From positions 1 to 16,055 of the forward strand of contig JAADGP010000048.1 in assembly GCA_013152315.1 (NCBI GenBank): a stretch of 16,055 bases of DNA. Reading direction: 5' to 3'. The DNA is from FCB group bacterium. GTDB taxonomy: Bacteria; Fidelibacterota; Marinisomatia; Marinisomatales; JAADGP01. Positions 1 to 7,963 of the stretch are shown here, one piece after another. The first letter of the stretch is position 1. The number at the start of each line of letters is the position of its first letter. The notes beneath the pieces were generated by a model. The model was not told the origin of the DNA. It saw only the letters and a list, made by a program, of their open reading frames with translations, and ran no database searches. Made by a program: the position numbers and the translations under genes.

Positions 1-1247
1 AACAGGTCCTGATTGATAACATAGATCATTACCGCCATAAGAAAGAAAGACAAACAGGTGGCTGCCGCGGCGCCAAGCGCTCCAAAATAAGGAATAAGAA
101 GCAGGTTGGCCCCGATGTTCAAAGCCGCGCCAAAGCCGCGCGTCAGAGCCGCATACTTGGATTTCTCCCGCAAAAACACACCCGGTAATTGCAGCGAATA
201 GGCCGCAAAAAAGACGTACCCCAGAGCAATCAACGGTACAATTTGTGTTGAAGACCAATACTCCGGTCCGTATACCGTTACCGGTCCGATCCTCAATTTC
301 ACCAGGGCGTCCACCCACAGAAGAAGCAAAACCCAAAAGAAACCAAGAACTGTTAATACATACGTGGTAATCCGGGAATACATCTGTCTTTTTTCTTCCC
401 CGTCTCCTTCCTTCAGGAAGAAAGGTTGCCAGCCCATATTGAATCCCATAACCAGAAGCATCATTAACATGCCCAGTTTATAGCCGGCGCTATACAGGCC
501 GACCGTCTCCATATTGGTCATGGCTTTCAATATGTACCGGTCGGCCAGTTCCATGAGCATGGCGAAAATCCCGGAGGGTAAAAACGGCAGACCAAAACGC
601 ATGAGTCGTTTCCAGGTCATCCAGGAAACAGCGCCACCACGGGTTCTTTTCACCACCAGGGGGGCCGTGATAAGCACCAGGCCGCCGGAGGTCAGGAGAT
701 TGCTTAGGAGAACCCCCTCCACCCCCATTTGGTACTTTATCACCAACAGCAAATTCAGACTTAACGAGGAAACGACATTCAGGAGACTAAACCCGATAAA
801 AGAGAGGGGTCGGCCCTCCGACCTCAGCAACAACATCGGCACCGACCACAATATATCCAGCGCCAAAATAGCAGCAATGTAAGCCAGGTAGCGGGGATAA
901 TGCCCTCCCAGGAGCAAGTCGCTGGCGACCCCCCGAACCAGAAACAGAAACAACGCGAAACCCGCGGAGGTGATGATAAAGGAAAGATAGGCCGTTGTTA
1001 ACAGTCTTTTTCTCTCCGGCGGATCGGCCGGGACATAGTACTTCATCAATGCCGCGTCGAGACCGTAATGAAGGACCACGCTCATAAAACCCATAAAAGT
1101 ATACGCCAACGACACGACGCCGTACTCGGCCGGAGTAAACGCGTTGGTGTACAGCGGTAACAACAGGAAGGTTACCATTCGGGCCAGGATATGTCCGGCA
1201 CCGTAAAGAAGCGTTTGTTGCGAAAGAGCCTTTATCCGGTCAAACAT
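1..1247 (-). CDS. Wzx/MOP-family polysaccharide (oligosaccharide-unit) flippase, C-terminal end cut by window edge
   Basis: Absent from the supplied ORF track because it runs off the window. My translation of the minus strand from the ATG (complement of 1245-1247) stays open for 415 codons down to position 3. It reads MFDRIKALSQQTLLYGAGHILARMVTFLLLPLYTNAFTPAEYGVVSLAYTFMGFMSVVLHYGLDAALMKYY... and ends ...GALGAAAATCLSFFLMAVMIYVINQDL. The N-terminal motif and many hydrophobic helices are typical of Polysacc_synt/Wzx proteins. Confidence 0.8.
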   Translation of the reverse strand, partial: MFDRIKALSQQTLLYGAGHILARMVTFLLLPLYTNAFTPAEYGVVSLAYTFMGFMSVVLHYGLDAALMKYYVPADPPERKRLLTTAYLSFIITSAGFALFLFLVRGVASDLLLGGHYPRYLAYIAAILALDILWSVPMLLLRSEGRPLSFIGFSLLNVVSSLSLNLLLVIKYQMGVEGVLLSNLLTSGGLVLITAPLVVKRTRGGAVSWMTWKRLMRFGLPFLPSGIFAMLMELADRYILKAMTNMETVGLYSAGYKLGMLMMLLVMGFNMGWQPFFLKEGDGEEKRQMYSRITTYVLTVLGFFWVLLLLWVDALVKLRIGPVTVYGPEYWSSTQIVPLIALGYVFFAAYSLQLPGVFLREKSKYAALTRGFGAALNIGANLLLIPYFGALGAAAATCLSFFLMAVMIYVINQDL

Positions 1248-1332
1248 GACCCTGGGCAGCCGGAAAGGAAATTGGGATTAGGGAATTCGATGATTTCACT
1301 GAATTTTGCACTGACCGGGCGGGAACGGGGAT

Positions 1333-2307
1333 TTAGTTGTTCTTCCAAGAAATCTCCAGGGTGTCGCGAAACATCCCGCTGGCGCCGAAATTTTCCTTGA
1401 ACCTGCCGAGCCCGAAATTCGGTTCTTCATTAACGGTAAATATTCCGAAATCAAATACTTTGTACCCCGCTTTAATTGCCCAGTCAAAGATCGAATAAAA
1501 CAAAAGATTCAACGGCCGGTACTCCTGGTAAGACTCATCATGGCTGATGTAGAAGGCCAGAACCACCTCATCGGTGGCAATAAAATTCACGACTCCGGCA
1601 ACCATTGTTTCATCGACGAAGGCGCCGAACAAATTAATTCGTTCGGGAAACAAGTCTCTTAAACGCAACAACTCATCCAGGGTGTGAGTCGGGGACACAT
1701 TATGGCGGATTTTCAGGTTTCGTTTAAGAATTTCATAGAAACCGGCATAATCCCGGGTCGGCCGAACAACCACCCCTGAACGCTGGGCTTTCCTTACGGA
1801 CCGCCTGTGAGAGGGACGGAATTTCGCCAGGTTCCCTTCGACGCTTTGCTCCAAAAACAAAATACTGGATATTTCACGCTTGGCGTAACGAAATCCATGT
1901 TTCAAAAGCGCAAAATCCATATAATTGGAAAGCCGCCGACTGTAAATGGTCGGTGGCAATGTCAACCGAATACCGTCAAATCCTTTCTGCCGGGCATACG
2001 CTTTAAGGGTTTGAACCAGTTTGTAGGAATCGGCAAAAGCCAGGTCTTCCGGTACAACAAAGGATCCCATGGACGCCCCGGGGTGCGAAACCAATAGCTT
2101 CGCTCCTTCGGTTTGAACCTCGGCCGCCGGGAATAGGACAAACGGTTTTTCTTTCTTATAAAAGATCAAACTATGGTCCCTGAATCGTCCCGGGGGGTGA
2201 TAGCCAAGAAAGCGACGGGTATGAAACAGGGTTCCATTGTTGGCCGCCCATACCATTGCATCCCACCAATCGGCGTGCTCGTTTTTAAATCGTCTGATAT
2301 CCAGCAT
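1333..2307 (-). CDS. FemAB-like / GNAT-fold (Acetyltransf_6-type) transferase, probably glycan- or peptidoglycan-modifying
   Basis: 324-aa ORF with an ATG start and no signal peptide. The C-terminal half (FGAFVDETMVAGVVNFIATDEVVLAFYISHDESYQEYRPLNLLFYSIFDWAIKAGYKVFDFG) resembles the FemAB/BioF2-like GNAT core. It lies 85 bp upstream of, and on the same strand as, the flippase gene. Confidence 0.55.
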   Translation of the reverse strand: MLDIRRFKNEHADWWDAMVWAANNGTLFHTRRFLGYHPPGRFRDHSLIFYKKEKPFVLFPAAEVQTEGAKLLVSHPGASMGSFVVPEDLAFADSYKLVQTLKAYARQKGFDGIRLTLPPTIYSRRLSNYMDFALLKHGFRYAKREISSILFLEQSVEGNLAKFRPSHRRSVRKAQRSGVVVRPTRDYAGFYEILKRNLKIRHNVSPTHTLDELLRLRDLFPERINLFGAFVDETMVAGVVNFIATDEVVLAFYISHDESYQEYRPLNLLFYSIFDWAIKAGYKVFDFGIFTVNEEPNFGLGRFKENFGASGMFRDTLEISWKNN

Positions 2308-2500
2308 CTTGTAGAATCGGACACGAAATTAGCGGGGAAAGGTTCCACAAGCAATTGCAAGTTGACAACACGGATTCGAGCCGGTTCGTGGCAATAGCTG
2401 TTTTTATCGGAATAACAATTTGCGCTTTGGATTATCAGGGTAAACCGCTGGTATTACTGCTTTCAACTTCAAATTTCGTATTTTTGCTAATTGCTGTTGA

Positions 2501-3838
<1,338 letters not shown>

Positions 3839-3999
3839 GGAAATACGCTTCTCTACGACGGCAACGACGATCGCGCCGCGCTCAGAGGCAAGCCAGCGAT
3901 ACACAAAAGAAATTTATCCGGAGTCTGTTACTACTAATCGCTGTAGCCCTCCTTATCATTTTTGTTTTCGGTGACCACGGCGTTTACCAACTATATAAA

Positions 4000-4188
4000 T
4001 TGAGACTTGAACGTAACGCCACCCAGAGACTCATTACGCAATTGCGCGAGAATCGGAAAACGTTGGAAGAGGAAACGTCACGCCTGGAACAGGATTTGGA
4101 ATATATTGAACGCTTAGCCCGGGAACGCTACCGCATGGCTAAAAAAGGCGAAAAGGTTTTTAAAGTTATTAAAAAGGATAAAAAATAA
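4000..4188 (+). CDS. ftsB: FtsB/DivIC-family septum formation initiator; coordinates give only the part downstream of the first canonical start, and the true 5' end is probably upstream (at or before 3907)
   Basis: The coiled-coil segment LRLERNATQRLITQLRENRKTLEEETSRLEQDLEYIERLARERYRMAKKGEKVF matches the FtsB/DivIC (Septum_form) pattern. The same frame is open back to 3757. Codons 3907-3999 encode a basic stretch plus a TM helix, KKFIRSLLLLIAVALLIIFVFGDHGVYQLYK, as expected for this family. An eno-ftsB gene order is known from other bacteria such as Pseudomonas. Confidence 0.75.
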   Translation: MRLERNATQRLITQLRENRKTLEEETSRLEQDLEYIERLARERYRMAKKGEKVFKVIKKDKK

Positions 4189-4191
4189 CTC

Positions 4192-4893
4192 TTATTGCTG
4201 CTTCACCAGGGCGGCATTAATAATAATCTCCACGCGACGGTTTAAATCACGATCGGCCGTGGAAGTATTGGCACGGACGGGGCGGTATTCTCCATAACCG
4301 GAAACAGCAAACATTGCTTCCGGCAAGCGTGTAAACTTTTGCAGCATGCGCATGACCACCTGAGCGCGGGCCGCGCTTAATTCCCAATTGTCCCGATAAT
4401 CCGATCCTTCGATAATCGGAATATTATCCGTGTACCCTTCCACCCGAATTTCCACTTTCCACTCCAAACCGTTCTTTACGAACTCGTCAATCCAGGAACG
4501 CAATTTCGGATTTTTTTCGAGGTGCAATATCCCCAGGTCGCGAATGGCATCGGCAATGCTTTTTATATGCGTTTCCAGTTCGGGGTTCGGATCCGCTTTC
4601 CCGGGATCAAACATTTTTTTATCATGAATGACTATCCGGACGCCTTTTGAATCATGCCCGATTACCAATCCTTCTATCCCGCGCTGGCTGATGGTTTCAG
4701 TAAGTTCATCCACCGCGTTTGACAACTGTTCCGATACCCAGGCGTGTACCTTTGAGATTTCACCGGCTCTTATGGAAATCATCATGATAAAGAATGTAAT
4801 CAGTAACGTAATCATATCTCCGTAACTCAACAGCCAACTGCCGTGGGTTTTCACGGAACCCACATTATTCTTGTCGATTTTAACTTTGAACAC
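4192..4893 (-). CDS. MotB/PomB-like stator subunit with OmpA-like peptidoglycan-binding domain (module 1, second MotB paralog, channel Asp retained)
   Basis: The N-terminal TM motif SWLLSYGDMITLLITFFIMM aligns to E. coli MotB [21 protein letters not shown], with Asp encoded at 4816-4818 (GAT). The OmpA-like C-terminus contains VEGYTDNIP, NWELSAARAQVV and NRRVEIII. The track start is a GTG at 4893, overlapping the upstream gene by 14 nt. Alternative GTG starts at 4863 and 4854 cannot be excluded. Confidence 0.85.
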   Translation of the reverse strand: MFKVKIDKNNVGSVKTHGSWLLSYGDMITLLITFFIMMISIRAGEISKVHAWVSEQLSNAVDELTETISQRGIEGLVIGHDSKGVRIVIHDKKMFDPGKADPNPELETHIKSIADAIRDLGILHLEKNPKLRSWIDEFVKNGLEWKVEIRVEGYTDNIPIIEGSDYRDNWELSAARAQVVMRMLQKFTRLPEAMFAVSGYGEYRPVRANTSTADRDLNRRVEIIINAALVKQQ

Positions 4894-5587
4894 GATCGGT
4901 AATTTCTATTAACTGCACATCAATATATATTTCAACCCGGCGGTTTTCATCCAGCTTTTCCCGGCTGCGGAGGGGATGAAAAGAGCCGTAGCCCGCCAGG
5001 GAAAAATATTCTTTGGGCAGGGCTGTTTTCCATTGTAAAAATTTCATCACCTGGTAAGAACGCGCCAAACTTAAATCCCAATTGGTTTTAAACCGACCGG
5101 AAAGAATCGGTAAATAATCGGTGTGTCCCTCCACCGTTAGTTCGATGGCAACTTTTTTTCCCGATCTTTTAAGGGCTTCGATAATCGGCCGGTAAGTTTG
5201 TTGAATTTTTTCGAGCTCTAACTGCTTAATAATATTGGCGGTCGTTTCCAAAAAACCGACGAAGAGAGGATTGATATTGTCATCTTCCGACGGAAACATC
5301 GGTTGTTCGCCGATTTTAGAGGGAATAAGCAACTTAATTCCTTTGGTCCCGGTATTTTCGACATACAGCCAGTCCAACCGTTGGCTTTCCTTGTCTTCCA
5401 AGATCCTTGAATACAGAATACTTTTCACACGTTCCGAGAATTTAAACGTTGTCGCCGCCTCATGCTCGGCCCGGGTCACGAAAAGAATGAAGAAAGCCAG
5501 GACGGCGGTCAGAAGCGAGGCGTAGGTCATCATCCAACCGGCCCCTCCGGACTGAGACCGATTGGCGTTCGCTATTTTACCGGCCAT
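4880..5587 (-). CDS. MotB-like OmpA-domain protein lacking the conserved channel aspartate (module 1, first MotB paralog)
   Basis: The TM motif GWMMTYASLLTAVLAFFILF has Ser (TCG, complement of 5516-5518) where MotB/PomB carry the essential Asp. The OmpA-like domain is intact: VEGHTDYLP, NWDLSLARSYQV, NRRVEIYI. I prefer the ATG at 5587 (MAGKIANANRSQSGGAGW...) over the track's TTG at 5623. That start gives an 11-nt overlap with the motA-like stop. Confidence 0.8.
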   Translation of the reverse strand: MAGKIANANRSQSGGAGWMMTYASLLTAVLAFFILFVTRAEHEAATTFKFSERVKSILYSRILEDKESQRLDWLYVENTGTKGIKLLIPSKIGEQPMFPSEDDNINPLFVGFLETTANIIKQLELEKIQQTYRPIIEALKRSGKKVAIELTVEGHTDYLPILSGRFKTNWDLSLARSYQVMKFLQWKTALPKEYFSLAGYGSFHPLRSREKLDENRRVEIYIDVQLIEITDRVQS

Positions 5588-6407
5588 TTGATTCCCGGTG
5601 TAAAGCTCGTGTATCCTTATCAAGGAATGTCAGCAGTTTTTCCTCCATAATTACCGGGTGTTCCTTGCTGTGGATACTTAAAATACCCGCCAGAATTATT
5701 TCATTAACGTGTGTCTCAAACGCTGTGCGACCTTTTAATTTTCCAGCAATGGGAATAAAAATCAGGTTCGCCAGAAGAACACCATAGAAAGTAGTAACCA
5801 AAGCGATACCCATTCCGTCCAACAATTGTCCCATCGAGTTCTCCATTTGTGATGCATATCCCGCCACGGAGCTTGACTGCCCCTGTTGTGTCATCATCAG
5901 GATCAACCCCATTACCGTCCCCAGCAATCCGAAGGCCGGGGCGTAATTTCCCATATTATAGAACATTTCCTGTCCGCTCTGATGCCTTTTAATCATGTTG
6001 TCCAGTTCGTTTTCCAGGAAACTCCGTAACTTGCCGGCATCTTTTTCGAGGATTGCATTTTCCAGCCCCATCCGTAAAAAATTATTTTCAATTTTCGGCA
6101 ATAACTTTTCAATCGTGACAAAACCTTTCTTGCGGGCGATTTGGCTTAACTCAACCAATTGGTTAATGATTTTAACCGCCGAATCATCGTTTTTTCCACC
6201 GAAAGCCTTTCCGGCAACCCGGAACATGCGCAACACGTTGGGCAGCGGATAATTAATCGCTGTGGCCGCCAGGGTTCCGCCTAATACAATAGCCACTCCC
6301 TGGATGTTGATAAAGGTTGATGGAATCATTTGGGTGTTCGGATCAAACATCCCAAACAGGATTAATCCCAACCCGATGATCAGACCAAAAACTGTTGCAA
6401 TATCCAT
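5577..6407 (-). CDS. MotA/PomA-type stator channel subunit (module 1)
   Basis: 276 aa with 4-TM MotA topology and a large cytoplasmic loop between TM2 and TM3. It carries YAPAFGLLGTVMGL (TM3 Pro motif), TTFYGVLLANLIFIPIAGKL (TM4 Pro motif) and ARKKGFVTIE, where R92 and E100 are spaced like PomA R88/E96 and MotA R90/E98. Confidence 0.88.
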   Translation of the reverse strand: MDIATVFGLIIGLGLILFGMFDPNTQMIPSTFINIQGVAIVLGGTLAATAINYPLPNVLRMFRVAGKAFGGKNDDSAVKIINQLVELSQIARKKGFVTIEKLLPKIENNFLRMGLENAILEKDAGKLRSFLENELDNMIKRHQSGQEMFYNMGNYAPAFGLLGTVMGLILMMTQQGQSSSVAGYASQMENSMGQLLDGMGIALVTTFYGVLLANLIFIPIAGKLKGRTAFETHVNEIILAGILSIHSKEHPVIMEEKLLTFLDKDTRALHRESNGR

Positions 6408-6638
6408 TGAAACCCCTTATCTAAAACCAAACAATAATGATGTAAGATGGTTGTGGTATAAAACGTATGATAAAGGAGGAAACCGGTCTACGGCCGGTTT
6501 TCACCCGATATTATCACATACGTAACAATTATACTGCCATTTTACTCTTTTTCGGAAAGAGACCGGTTCACGATAATCCAATAGTACGCCCGTACTGCCC
6601 CTGACAATATCTCGGAGCAACGCTGAAGAGGAGGTTAT

Positions 6639-7223
6639 TTAAAATCCTAAAGTATAATAGACTTCCTCACCGGTCAATTTTGATTTGCAGATTAACTCTA
6701 AATTTCTGGGAGGCGTCTTAAAATCGAAAACCAGTTCGGCAACGATCTTTTTCAAAGGCCGGATAATCGCCAGGTTCTGATATTTCCCTTCAAAAGGATT
6801 TAATTCCCCACGGACTCCTCCGGAGCCGATTAATTTCACCATGGTCGTCGCCGAAAAATCAAAATCTTTCGTCAGATCACTGTTGGCTATTTCCAATTTG
6901 ATAAAAACCCTGTTCCCCTGTTTACGCGCGCTTAATAATGTAAACTTAACTTTATCGGCCAATTGCTCGGTTCCAACCGGGAAAGCCACCCGGCCGTCTT
7001 CCAGAGCCTCGACGGGAATATAAAATTCCATTGTTGCCTTAACATATTTCTTGCTGCGGTCCAATTCCAATTTTCGTACTGTTGCCCCGGGCTCAATCTG
7101 CCCGATGGCTTCCCCATCGTATGGCCGACTGTAAATCTCCGTACCGGACTTTACTTTCGTCTCCTGCCCGACAAGAATTCCCAATAAACCGATCCAGACC
7201 AACCTGCGAATACGCGGTGTCAT
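6639..7223 (-). CDS. Secreted or membrane-anchored protein of unknown function: N-terminal SH3b-like segment plus Ig-like (DUF4352-like) beta-sandwich; third gene of module 2
   Basis: Signal or anchor sequence MTPRIRRLVWIGLLGILVGQ. KVKSGTEIYSRPYDGEAIGQIEPGATVRKLE fits the bacterial SH3 pattern. VKFTLLSARKQGNRVFIKLEIANSDLTKDFDF...IRPLKKIVAELVFDF fits the DUF4352-type pattern. The start is 8 nt after the MotB stop on the same strand. Domain calls are by eye only. Confidence 0.5.
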   Translation of the reverse strand: MTPRIRRLVWIGLLGILVGQETKVKSGTEIYSRPYDGEAIGQIEPGATVRKLELDRSKKYVKATMEFYIPVEALEDGRVAFPVGTEQLADKVKFTLLSARKQGNRVFIKLEIANSDLTKDFDFSATTMVKLIGSGGVRGELNPFEGKYQNLAIIRPLKKIVAELVFDFKTPPRNLELICKSKLTGEEVYYTLGF

Positions 7224-7231
7224 TTTACTTT

Positions 7232-7963
7232 TTATCCTGTTACCGTATTGGTTTTCACAAACGCGTCGAGATAAATTTCCACGCGCCTGTTTTTAGCGCG
7301 GGCGTCTTCGATATCCAGCGGATTCTTACCAACAGCCTTTATATCGATGACGGGGCGGAACTCACCATATCCCATGGCGGAAAACTTTGATTCCTCAATT
7401 TGCGAAAACCGGCTTAATAATTTCACCACGTTTAAAGCCCTGGCCGTGGACAGGTCCCAATTGCTTTCGTATAAGGAATTCTTTGGTAATGGCAGATCGT
7501 CCGTATGTCCTTCACAGCGTATTTCAATATTCAGAAATCCTCCCCGTTTTTCAATTGCTTCCAAAAGGTTTTTGTAGCGCGGATCTTCGAATACCCGCAT
7601 AATTTTCGACACGCGGATAATCCCCCCGATTTGTTGCAGAAGGGGATATACATCCGGTTGTACTTCCGCATCCATGGATTTGAACAGCCGGCCGCTGGCC
7701 ATGGTAATTTTAACTCCTTTGGTAACCCGTTCGACGCGTACATAGGAAGATTCCACATTTTCTTTCAATTCCTTATATGTTTCATCCAAAAGCATATTGA
7801 TTACCCGATCAATGTGCTTCTCAGCATCATTCATGATTACCAGCAATAATATGAAAAAGGTCAATAACAAGGTTACCAGGTCAGCATAGGTTACCGCCCA
7901 GGCCGTACTTTTGGCCTTGGCCTCCTCGGCCGAAAGCCCTTCGTGGAGGACCGCCGTGGTCAC
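7232..7963 (-). CDS. MotB/PomB-like stator subunit with OmpA-like domain (module 2, channel Asp retained)
   Basis: The TM motif AWAVTYADLVTLLLTFFILLL has Asp encoded at 7880-7882 (GAC). The C-terminus contains CEGHTDDLP, NWDLSTARALNV and NRRVEIYL. The GTG start overlaps the upstream motA-like TGA stop (GTGA, 7960-7963), suggesting translational coupling. Confidence 0.87.
   Translation of the reverse strand: MTTAVLHEGLSAEEAKAKSTAWAVTYADLVTLLLTFFILLLVIMNDAEKHIDRVINMLLDETYKELKENVESSYVRVERVTKGVKITMASGRLFKSMDAEVQPDVYPLLQQIGGIIRVSKIMRVFEDPRYKNLLEAIEKRGGFLNIEIRCEGHTDDLPLPKNSLYESNWDLSTARALNVVKLLSRFSQIEESKFSAMGYGEFRPVIDIKAVGKNPLDIEDARAKNRRVEIYLDAFVKTNTVTG

Noticed and set aside
514-882. 122-aa plus-strand ORF, together with 1191-1400 and 1296-1487
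   Set aside because: It lies antisense to, or overlaps, the well-supported flippase and FemAB-like CDSs. The composition is low-complexity and Arg/Pro/Ser-rich, typical of shadow ORFs.
2479-2486. TATTTTTG upstream of eno, and TAAATTTG (complement of 8783-8790) upstream of MotA-2, both matching the Bacteroidetes -7 promoter consensus TAnnTTTG
   Set aside because: An 8-nt degenerate motif in AT-rich spacers is expected by chance. The 8783-8790 copy is only 10 nt from the ATG. The host phylum and its sigma-factor specificity are unknown. I did not call these as features.
5588-5623. TTG start at 5623 for the Asp-less MotB paralog
   Set aside because: It would overlap the MotA gene by 47 nt. The ATG at 5587 gives a normal-length basic N-terminus before the TM helix and an 11-nt overlap. 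This is not proven.
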